From positions 32,001 to 96,000 of the forward strand of contig JBCBUK010000011.1 of NCBI GenBank assembly GCA_039818205.1: 64,000 nt of DNA, written 5' to 3'. The position numbers and the translations under genes are program-made. Shown here in pieces: positions 53,488 to 61,889 of the stretch; positions within the stretch are counted from its first letter, which is position 1, and the number at the start of each line of letters is the position of its first letter. The notes beneath the pieces are model-generated. The model ran no database searches, had not been told where the DNA came from, and was given only the letters and a program-made list of their open reading frames with translations. The DNA comes from Verrucomicrobiota bacterium (lineage in GTDB: Bacteria > Verrucomicrobiota > Verrucomicrobiia > Opitutales > Cerasicoccaceae).

Positions 53488-55446
53488 ATGACCCCAACGG
53501 AAATGGCCCAGGTGCTTTCGGGTGTTCGCCTATTCCGCGAGCTTGATTTGAGTGATCTCGAGACCTTGGCCAAGGACTGTGAGCAACGCGCGATTGCCGC
53601 CCAGGCCTCGGTGGTTGAGCAGGGGCAAGACGGCGATGAATTACACGTTATTCTCGAGGGAGAATTTGAGGTATTTCTCAGCCAACAGTCGCTTGACTTT
53701 GAGAAGGAAATTGGCCGACTGAACGCGGGTGATTACTTTGGCGAGATTGCGTTGATTTCGCAAAAGAAGCGGTCGGCTTCAGTTCGGGCTCTGACGCCTG
53801 GAAAGATCCTTTCTTTGGGTCGTGAACCATTTTTGGAGCTATGCGAGCGCAAGCCTGGGTTTACTCTGAAGCTCTGTCAGGCGCTCGCCGAATACGTTCA
53901 TGAGGGAGCTCGCCAGCGATCGGCCTTGCCGTTTATCAAGCTGAGCGGTGCCACGCCCGAACAGGGCGTATTGGAGCTGATTCCGGCTGAGGTTTCGCGG
54001 GTTTGCCAGGCCGTTTCCATCGAGAAGATTGAAGACCGGGTGACCGTGGTCATGGTTGATCCTGATGATGCCAAAAAGCGTGACTTTTTGGAGCAGGCAT
54101 TGAAACCGCTCAAGCCTGAGTTTGCCGCGACAAATGCCGACGATATGGCTCGCTTTATTGACCGCATGTCCGCTCATTGCGGATATCGGTCCAAGCCGCC
54201 CGCTGCGGTTGAGTTGGATTTTCGGGGGCCGGACGGTCAGTCCGTTGAGGTCTCGCAAAACGAGGCTGCCAAGGTGCTGCGCAATGCATTGCGTGAAGCC
54301 ATCACGCTCAAGGCCAGTGACGTACACTTTGAGCCCAAGCGGGTGGGTATGGATGTCCGTGCGCGGATCGACGGCAAACTCCTTGCCTTGCATGGCGATG
54401 TGCCGAGCGCGATTGTCCGCCAAGTCATATCGATGATCAAGGTGCTGGGAAACTTGGACATCGCTGAGCGACGATTACCCCAGGATGGCAACTTTGTGAT
54501 CAAGGTGGATGACCTGGAGATCGATGCCCGACTATCGATCATGCCGAGTCAGCATGGTGAGAAGGCTGTGATGCGTCTGCTGGATCCGCGAGCACAGCTG
54601 CACTACCTCAACCAGCTCATTTCCAGCGATCCGGTTTTAGCATTAGCGAAGGAACTCTTTACGCGTTCCGCCGGATTGACCCTGGTCACGGGGCCAACGG
54701 GGTCGGGTAAGACGACCACGCTCTATGCCGGGTTGCGCAGCATTTGGGAAGATAATCGTTTGCTGAACATCGTTAGTGCGGAGGATCCGATCGACCAGCG
54801 GTTGGACTTCGCCACGCAAACACAGATTCAAAACCTGGTGGGTCTGGACTTTCCGACCGTGTTGCGCGGGCTATTGCGGCAGGACCCAGACGTCATCTTG
54901 ATTGGTGAGATTCGCGATAGTCAATCAGCCTCAATTGCCTTGGAGGCGGCCATCACTGGACACAATGTTTTATCGTCGCTGCATACGAAACACGCGACTG
55001 ATTCTGTTGCTCGCCTGCGCAAGTTGGGTGCCGAGCCTTACCTGATTGCCGCGGCGCTGAATGGCGTGATTAGTCAGCGACTTTTGCCACGCTTGAACCC
55101 CAATGCTTGTGAAAGTGTTCCGGCAGACGATCCTGAGATAGCCCGTCTGGTGGGTATCGATATTTTGGCGGAAACCACAGATGCGCTGCGCCGCGGAGTC
55201 CAGCGAACGCCAGATCAGAAGCCGGAAATTGGCCGCGTTGGCCTCTATGAGATCATGGCGGTCACGGCGGCGGTACGGGATGCGATTGAAGGCACCGCCA
55301 CCAGTCAACAGCTCGAAGCACAGCTGACGCCGCAAAACTTTATCAGCATGAAACGTTATGCACGCTTCCTATTGCTCGAGCAAGTGGTCTCGCCGGATGC
55401 GGTGCTAACCGTCTTTCCGGAAAGTCCGGAAATCGCCGAATTTTAG
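53488..55446 (+). CDS. cNMP-binding domain fused to a GspE/PilB-family ATPase
   Basis: GDYFGEIAL...RSASVRA (cNMP); ASDVHFEP, GPTGSGKTT, LRQDPD..LIGEIRD, LH. Confidence 0.9.
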   Translation: MTPTEMAQVLSGVRLFRELDLSDLETLAKDCEQRAIAAQASVVEQGQDGDELHVILEGEFEVFLSQQSLDFEKEIGRLNAGDYFGEIALISQKKRSASVRALTPGKILSLGREPFLELCERKPGFTLKLCQALAEYVHEGARQRSALPFIKLSGATPEQGVLELIPAEVSRVCQAVSIEKIEDRVTVVMVDPDDAKKRDFLEQALKPLKPEFAATNADDMARFIDRMSAHCGYRSKPPAAVELDFRGPDGQSVEVSQNEAAKVLRNALREAITLKASDVHFEPKRVGMDVRARIDGKLLALHGDVPSAIVRQVISMIKVLGNLDIAERRLPQDGNFVIKVDDLEIDARLSIMPSQHGEKAVMRLLDPRAQLHYLNQLISSDPVLALAKELFTRSAGLTLVTGPTGSGKTTTLYAGLRSIWEDNRLLNIVSAEDPIDQRLDFATQTQIQNLVGLDFPTVLRGLLRQDPDVILIGEIRDSQSASIALEAAITGHNVLSSLHTKHATDSVARLRKLGAEPYLIAAALNGVISQRLLPRLNPNACESVPADDPEIARLVGIDILAETTDALRRGVQRTPDQKPEIGRVGLYEIMAVTAAVRDAIEGTATSQQLEAQLTPQNFISMKRYARFLLLEQVVSPDAVLTVFPESPEIAEF

Positions 55447-55509
55447 GCAACGGGTCGTTGCATTCATTGTTGCGTCAGCAGCGCACGGTCTAGTGAAGCA
55501 GCGCTCTGG

Positions 55510-56505
55510 CTAGAAATCGTTTTGGAGGATGATTTTTCCGGTGGCTTGTCCGGACTCCAGGTAGGCGTGGGCCGCACCGACCTCACCGAAGCCGAATCGT
55601 CTTTCATCGCAGAGCAATTCCAGCTTCTCTTGATCGATCAGTTGGGCAAGGCGTTGCTGGACGGCGGCATGGTGCTCGATGCCATTGCCGGTCAAAACGG
55701 GGAGGGCGACGAACACTGCAGCGAAGCTTGCGGCCTTCCCGTGTAAGGGAGTCAGATCGACTGTCGCTCGCGAAGCAATGCAGCTGATGTGCCCACCGGT
55801 TGCGAGCTGCGCAAAACTGTTTTCCAGGTTCGGTCCGCCCACGGTTTCAACGATCGCCTGGAAGCCTTGGCCGTCGGTAATCTCTTGAGCAGCGGCAAGC
55901 ACATCCTGCTCTTTATAGTTGATGATGTAATTGGCGCCCAGGCCCTCGGCGAGCCCAGCCTTGGCGGAAGTCGAAGCGGTGGTGGTCACGATACCGCCTG
56001 CCATTGCGGCCAACTGGACTGCAAGGTGCCCAACGCCGCCCGTGCCTCCCGTGACTAAAACATGATCCCCGGGTTGAATCGTGTTGCGGACGATCGTTGC
56101 TTCCCACGCGGTCAGGCCGACAATCGCCAGGCCGCCAGCGTCTTCAAGACTCAGCTGGGCGGGCTTCTTGGTCACCAGCCGGGCATCGACCACCATTAAT
56201 TCTGCGAGGGCTCCCGGATGGCCTTTAAAGCCTCCCGCAAATCCAAAGACTTCGTCGCCGACCGCGAGCGCAGAAACGCCGGGTCCAACGGATTCGACCA
56301 CGCCAGCGACATCGCCATGCAGCACCGCCGGAAAATCAGGCGACACGGCAGGAACCGCCCCTGATCGAATTTTCGTGTCGATTGGATTCACGCTTGAGGC
56401 CCTCACTTGCAAGCGGACTTGGCCGGGACCCGCTTCGGGCGCAGCAACATCGTTTACGGCGAATACTTCCGGCCCGCCAAAGGAATTAATGGTAACAGCT
56501 TTCAT
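55510..56505 (-). CDS. Zinc-independent MDR quinone oxidoreductase family protein
   Basis: SVNPID.K.R.G, VLVTGGTGGVG, GKI.L. Confidence 0.9.
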   Translation of the reverse strand: MKAVTINSFGGPEVFAVNDVAAPEAGPGQVRLQVRASSVNPIDTKIRSGAVPAVSPDFPAVLHGDVAGVVESVGPGVSALAVGDEVFGFAGGFKGHPGALAELMVVDARLVTKKPAQLSLEDAGGLAIVGLTAWEATIVRNTIQPGDHVLVTGGTGGVGHLAVQLAAMAGGIVTTTASTSAKAGLAEGLGANYIINYKEQDVLAAAQEITDGQGFQAIVETVGGPNLENSFAQLATGGHISCIASRATVDLTPLHGKAASFAAVFVALPVLTGNGIEHHAAVQQRLAQLIDQEKLELLCDERRFGFGEVGAAHAYLESGQATGKIILQNDF

Positions 56506-56730
56506 CGTAGAGAAAATTTCGCCTTAGAATAGGATGGCGTTTGAGAAGCGCAACTGCTGAGGTATCGGAGGATGACGGCAATTCGTGTCATACTGCTTTT
56601 GGGCCTGCTGTGGAGGGAAGCTTGAATTATGACTAAAAAAGTCCTGAAACGGGGCTTGACGAATGCTAGGGGAGCGTTCATTTTCCTCGGTTTCCTTAAT
56701 TCAGGACCACCTTTTTAAACACCTTTCGTC

Positions 56731-56910
56731 ATGGCACAACCAAAACGCAAGCAATCTAAGCAACGCAGCCGCCTGCGCCGCGGCGCGAACCGTTTCAAGG
56801 CTCCCTTGCTCGCCAAGGACAGCACCGACGGCACAACTTTCCGTCCCCACCACGTGAATCCTTCGAACGGCATGTATCGCGGCCGTCAGGTGATCGACGT
56901 GGAGCTGTAA
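56731..56910 (+). CDS. rpmF: 50S ribosomal protein L32, Cys-free type (not in the ORF track)
   Basis: Manual translation MAQPKRKQSKQRSRLRRGANRFKAPLLAKDSTDGTTFRPHHVNPSNGMYRGRQVIDVEL*. Confidence 0.95.
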   Translation: MAQPKRKQSKQRSRLRRGANRFKAPLLAKDSTDGTTFRPHHVNPSNGMYRGRQVIDVEL

Positions 56911-56937
56911 GCACTTGCTTATTATACATGTTTCCCC

Positions 56938-56967
56938 GAAACCCGGCCAGCAGTGGTCGGGTTTTTT
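56938..56967 (+). terminator. Intrinsic terminator after rpmF
   Basis: AAACCCGGCCA...TGGTCGGGTTTTTT hairpin with U-tract. Confidence 0.75.
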
Positions 56968-57154
56968 GTGCCCCAATGCACCGTTTGACGCTTATGGGTG
57001 CTCGCAGTGCTTGATCGTCAGGTGAGTTCCGGTCGGGAACCGATGGATGCTGGCGGATGCCGGCATCACTGAAATGCCAGATTGGCTCCAGGCGTTCAGT
57101 GGCACATGAATGGACGAACCCCAGGTTCGAAGACTGGATCTTGCGGCACCTTGC

Positions 57155-57898
57155 TTAGCGGCGCTCGTTCCACTCTTTAGATTCGTAGTGGCTGATTTGG
57201 GATGAGAGCTGCGCGGGTGACCACTTAGGAAACGGCGCTGGGGCAGGGGATCCGCCAAGCCACTCGGCTAAGGCCGCAGTGAAGCTCTGTTCGAATTGAT
57301 CCCAGTTGATGGCTCGAATTGGCGCTCGAGCGATGCTGCCTTGCATGAGCAGGCCGTCCTTGGAGCGGCGTTGCGCCGCACCCGCGAGCTTTTCGCCATC
57401 GAGGTCAATCACATCGCCAGGTTCAGCTCGTTGAAAGCAGCTGGCGGCGGTTGTTGGAGCCTCAGTGGCTTCATCGGTGTCGCACGGGCAGGGGGCGAGT
57501 TTGGAGTCGACGGATTGTGCCTTGAGGGCCCAGATCAGCAAATGGTGCACTTCTTGATAGGCCTCACTCGCTTTGGCTTTGGCCAGTGGGTGATCGGCGG
57601 GAATCACAAGGGAATAGGTCCAGTCGTCGCGATGGTCGACCACGCCGCCGCCGGTGCAGCGTCGAACCAACTCGAACCGTCCAGCAAAGTGGTCGTGGGC
57701 TTCGCGCCAGCTTGCGTGGACCGGGATGTGTTCCTCGGCTTCCGCCCAGCGTTGAGTCCGCCCGAAGGTAAATGACGGATTGGACCATTGGTAGTGGCGA
57801 AAGCGCGGTGTGCCTGGCTGCGGGTAGGCTTCGAGCAAGAGTTGATCGACGGCCATATTGGCGCCAGCTGACAGAGTCCGCGTAGGTAAGACGTGCAT
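57155..57898 (-). CDS. Lipoate-protein ligase / octanoyltransferase family protein
   Basis: NMAVD, VRRCTGGGVVDH, KLAGAAQRR, QGSI. Confidence 0.88.
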   Translation of the reverse strand: MHVLPTRTLSAGANMAVDQLLLEAYPQPGTPRFRHYQWSNPSFTFGRTQRWAEAEEHIPVHASWREAHDHFAGRFELVRRCTGGGVVDHRDDWTYSLVIPADHPLAKAKASEAYQEVHHLLIWALKAQSVDSKLAPCPCDTDEATEAPTTAASCFQRAEPGDVIDLDGEKLAGAAQRRSKDGLLMQGSIARAPIRAINWDQFEQSFTAALAEWLGGSPAPAPFPKWSPAQLSSQISHYESKEWNERR

Positions 57899-57967
57899 CA
57901 CAGTGTTCAAAGAATAAAAAACCCGGCACTGGCAAGCACCGGGTTCGGAAAAATGATTTCGTCCAGC

Positions 57968-58669
57968 TTACTTGGAGAGCTCGTCGAGCGTTGGAAGGTC
58001 GTCGCCGAGTTGGATGTCCCACTCATCAACTGCTTCGTCGCCAGTCGGTGGGCCATTCTTGCTGGAGTTCTCGAGGATGTAACCGTTGAGCTCCCGATCG
58101 AGAATGTTTTCCGCCCAGTATCCGTTCTGCAACTCGTAGTCGTCTGGCTCATAGCCATACTTTTCCAAGGTTGCTAGGATGATGGAGGAGTCCGGTGTGC
58201 CACCATGGTCGGTGATGAGACCCTTTTCGCGGTGGATACGCACACTCTCGTGGACGATGAATGGAGGAAGCTTTTCCTGATAACTTGGGTGAACCTTGTG
58301 GCTCGCTGCCCACTTGGCCCAGGCGTCACGGTCAATCGATCGCTGAGTCTGGGTGAGTGCTTCGTAATAGTAGACGCGGCGTTTGGACAGCTTTGTAACG
58401 AGTGCGATCAACGACATGCCGTCTTGTTCGATCTCCAGCCAGTCCAGTGGACGAGGCTTTTCGATCGGGTCGCGGCTCTTGGAGATGTCTTCGGGAGCCT
58501 CGAGGAACTGGACACCGAGAGCACGAGAGAATTTGACAGTCGTTTCCCCATCCTTCTGGAGTGTGACCTTGCCCTTATTCACCATGTCCTCGTGGAACTT
58601 ACGGGCGTCCTCCGGTGATTCCGCCCATATGTAATTGGTAATGCGGGTAACAACCTTGAATTTTCTCAT
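57968..58669 (-). CDS. Hypothetical protein
   Basis: 233-aa ATG ORF with a GGAT RBS-like sequence and a downstream hairpin. Confidence 0.7.
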   Translation of the reverse strand: MRKFKVVTRITNYIWAESPEDARKFHEDMVNKGKVTLQKDGETTVKFSRALGVQFLEAPEDISKSRDPIEKPRPLDWLEIEQDGMSLIALVTKLSKRRVYYYEALTQTQRSIDRDAWAKWAASHKVHPSYQEKLPPFIVHESVRIHREKGLITDHGGTPDSSIILATLEKYGYEPDDYELQNGYWAENILDRELNGYILENSSKNGPPTGDEAVDEWDIQLGDDLPTLDELSK

Positions 58670-59318
58670 AACCGTATCCTTTGATTGAACTTATAAAATC
58701 TAACGAACGAATTCGGGGTGTAATTAAGTTTTTTTTAATATCCGTTGGAAACGCTAGAGTCCTGATTTTGTAATTTCAACCTCTTTTTGTTCACCATCGA
58801 AGGTACCGAGTGTTCCACCCTCTGTGAATTCGACAAAGTTTAAGATCGCCATCGCCACTCCACGTAAAGGATCGCGGCGAGATTTTGACAAAATTTTCCC
58901 GAAAATTAAAATATACATTTGTTTACTGACTGCCCGAAACGTCAATGCTGATCGGCTAGGCAGAATACCCGTGTTGATTTGGGATTGTCATTTTTGTTTT
59001 TCAGGGAGCGTATGTGCACTGCGGTAGAGTGAGTTTTGCTGGCGTCCAGTTGGCTGATAAAAAATATGTGCTCCTGAATAAAATTTCATTTAGAAATTTC
59101 GAAGTTGATCGATAAATCTCACCTCGAGAGACATTTCGACAGCCAAGATATTGTTTCCTGGAAGCCGTGACTTGACTTGCTCGCCAATGTCTCAATATGT
59201 CGTTGCTGCAAGAGGCGGTTACCCCGTCTTGATCAGCTAGTATTTTGAAGGTGAAAAGCTTGCATTCATCTACAGATAACCATTCTATTGCAGATCACCC
59301 GTTTAACTTCTCTTTTTT

Positions 59319-60209
59319 ATGCCACGTAAAATTTGTTTTCTGAATTATAAAGGCGGCGTCGGCAAAACTTCGCTTATCGTTAATACCGCGGCCTGTTTGG
59401 CCCATAAAGGTAAGCGCGTCTTATTGTTTGATTTTGATACTCAGTCTAACGCCAGCATCTGGTTGATGCGTCTCGATCGTTGGAATAAGTTGAATATTAA
59501 TGGCTCTGGATCGGTTTACTCGATTTTTGATCCGGGCAAAGAGACGATTAAAGACAATGTTGTTAAAAACGTTGTCCAAAGCAAAACAGGTGAAAAAGTT
59601 CTCCCTGGTTTGGACATCGTTCCGACGACGTTCAATCTCGTTGACCTCGAGAATGAGTTTAAGGGCGACCCAACCAGTCCGCACTACCGCGTGGTGCATG
59701 ACCAGTTGGAAGAAATCCAAGACGATTATGATTTTATCGTTTTTGACTGCCCGCCAAACATTCTGAACGCCTCGCAATGCGGCGTATTTACCAGCTCCGA
59801 AATTTATGTCCCGTCGAATCCGGACGCCCTCAGTTTGATCGGTTTTACACTCCTTGTTGAAAAATTACTCCTTTTTCACAAGCGTTCAGCGAGCTTCCGT
59901 AAATCGGGCATGGGTCCGCCTGCTGCGGTTCGCGGTATCATCTTTAACTCGATTAAAGCCAACGTAGATATTGAGGTGCCCAAGATGCGTATGCAGTTGC
60001 GTATGAATCAGTTCCGTAATCAACGCCGGGTTGCTCAGGATGCTAAGATTTTTGAATCAATGATTCGTGATGCCACGGTTGTTCGCCGGGCTGTTACCCT
60101 TGGTCTACCGGTAAGTCTAGTTGGTCAAGCCGCTCAAGAGGAAGACAGTGTGGTCAAGGACTATGCTCGCCTCGCTGCTGAGATTGACCGCCATGCGGTT
60201 TCTTGGTAG
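59319..60209 (+). CDS. ParA/Soj-family ATPase (orphan)
   Basis: KGGVGKTS deviant Walker A; DFDTQSNAS; FDCPP. Confidence 0.93.
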   Translation: MPRKICFLNYKGGVGKTSLIVNTAACLAHKGKRVLLFDFDTQSNASIWLMRLDRWNKLNINGSGSVYSIFDPGKETIKDNVVKNVVQSKTGEKVLPGLDIVPTTFNLVDLENEFKGDPTSPHYRVVHDQLEEIQDDYDFIVFDCPPNILNASQCGVFTSSEIYVPSNPDALSLIGFTLLVEKLLLFHKRSASFRKSGMGPPAAVRGIIFNSIKANVDIEVPKMRMQLRMNQFRNQRRVAQDAKIFESMIRDATVVRRAVTLGLPVSLVGQAAQEEDSVVKDYARLAAEIDRHAVSW

Positions 60210-60265
60210 GGTTCGTAAAATTTGACTAATTCAATTTACGGAGGGACCCTAAGATTACACCTAAT

Positions 60266-61252
60266 ATGTCAGAGGAATCGCCAACGATACGTTATAACAG
60301 AGACGACTGGGATGAAATCCGGTTGACCTTCGCTACCTCCTTGATGGTGGACACGAATCTGGTCAGCTTGTCACAGAATTTGGAAATTGAAGAGTGGCCG
60401 CTTCGCGGAGCTGGCGAAACACCTTCAAAATACATCGACTTCGCCTGGGAAGAGCTTCAAGAGCTGCCTGGTTTGGCGGATGACCCGCATCGGATTGATC
60501 TTCTGGTCCACATCCTTCGTGAGACTCAGGCGTTTGATGACCCATTTGGGGACATGGTTGCAACGGTTGATGCACACGCCAGTGTCGATCGTACTCTTGA
60601 GAAGAATATCAATCGTCTCAAGATTCCGCAGGATTTCCCAATGTCATTGAGCGGTTTGTCGGCAGACACGCTTACCTTCTGCCGCAACGAGGATATCAAG
60701 ACCTTGAAGGACTTTGGCCACTTCGCGCAAAACATGGCGCAGAATATCGTGATCGGTGGCGACTTCCGGGCTTTGCTCAATGCCCTCACCACGGAAGACC
60801 AACAGTCGCTGGCGAAATACATTCCGTTCCGCCCTGGTCATTTTGGTCTGCACCTTGCGGAGAGCATTGGTTTGTTGCTCAATCAATTGAGTGATGTTGA
60901 GAAATTTTCTCTCCTGAAGAAATACGGTTACTCGCTCGATACCGTTCAAGAAGCGAAGGCTCGCCTTGGCAAAGACCAGGTGCGCCAGCTCGAAGATATC
61001 TTGCAGGAGAAAGCCGGGGAAATTTGCCAATATTTCCCCGACCAATACCGCCAGTTGTCCCGCGATATCAAGTCCGGGAAGACGATGGAGCGGGTGTTCA
61101 TGGTTGTTGATGACCCCGAGCGTGAAACTATCTGTGCGAACATTGCAACTCGTTACCTGAAGGAGAACGTCGTTGATGATCGTGAAGAAGTCGCTGAATC
61201 CGCTGGTGCGAAAAAGGGCGGGTTCTTCTCGAGAATTTTTGGACGTAAGTAA
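60266..61252 (+). CDS. Hypothetical protein with alphaCTD/HhH-like segments and a C-terminal amphipathic helix
   Basis: ELQELPGL; FPMSLSGLSADTLTFCRNEDIKTLKD; ends KKGGFFSRIFGRK. Confidence 0.7.
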   Translation: MSEESPTIRYNRDDWDEIRLTFATSLMVDTNLVSLSQNLEIEEWPLRGAGETPSKYIDFAWEELQELPGLADDPHRIDLLVHILRETQAFDDPFGDMVATVDAHASVDRTLEKNINRLKIPQDFPMSLSGLSADTLTFCRNEDIKTLKDFGHFAQNMAQNIVIGGDFRALLNALTTEDQQSLAKYIPFRPGHFGLHLAESIGLLLNQLSDVEKFSLLKKYGYSLDTVQEAKARLGKDQVRQLEDILQEKAGEICQYFPDQYRQLSRDIKSGKTMERVFMVVDDPERETICANIATRYLKENVVDDREEVAESAGAKKGGFFSRIFGRK

Positions 61253-61270
61253 TCGCCAAGTGGCGAAACA

Positions 61271-61864
61271 ATGGCATCTCCAATTCCACCAAAGAAGAAG
61301 CGGGCGATTAGTCTCCGCCCGAAGTTGCAAGAAGCGGCTGAAGCGTCATTGAAGTCGAAGGAAACCATCGACCTCATCATGCGGCGAACGAGGGCTCCTT
61401 TTCAGGACAATGAGCGTATGCCGAATGAAGAGATTGACGCGTTGGAGAAGAGTTTGCGCAAGCTCGAAAGCGATTTGCTGGAGCGCGAGCGCAAAGTCGC
61501 CGATTACGAAGCGAAGCTGACCGAGCGTGAACGCAATATCTGGGAAGGCGAGGCCCTGTTGAAGGTCAAAGAGGAGATGCTTGCGGCCAAGGTCAAAGAC
61601 TTTGAACAATCCCGAGAAGATGCTCCTGATCAGCAGCAGGTATCACCGCAAGAGCGTGAGGCTCTTGATCACTTGCGTGAGACGCTTGAGGAACGTGAGG
61701 CTACCTTGCAGCGCTTAAAGGAAGAAATTAAAGAGCGCGAATCGTTCGTCGAAGAGTCGGAAAATGCACTCTTCGAGAAAATGATGGAGCAGCAGGAGAA
61801 GGAAACGGAGCTGGAGCAGCGAAGCGAAGAGCTGCGGGTGTTGCAAAATAAAGTAAGCGAGTAG
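61271..61864 (+). CDS. Coiled-coil protein with a basic N-terminal peptide
   Basis: MASPIPPKKKRAISLRPK followed by long E/K/R heptads. Confidence 0.75.
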   Translation: MASPIPPKKKRAISLRPKLQEAAEASLKSKETIDLIMRRTRAPFQDNERMPNEEIDALEKSLRKLESDLLERERKVADYEAKLTERERNIWEGEALLKVKEEMLAAKVKDFEQSREDAPDQQQVSPQEREALDHLRETLEEREATLQRLKEEIKERESFVEESENALFEKMMEQQEKETELEQRSEELRVLQNKVSE

Positions 61865-61889
61865 TTGAGCTCGTCTGTTTGGCTCCCCG

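Noticed and set aside
58670..59318. oriC or parS in the AT-rich gap before parA
   Set aside because: I found no clustered TTATCCACA boxes or parS palindrome by eye; no dnaA or parB is adjacent.
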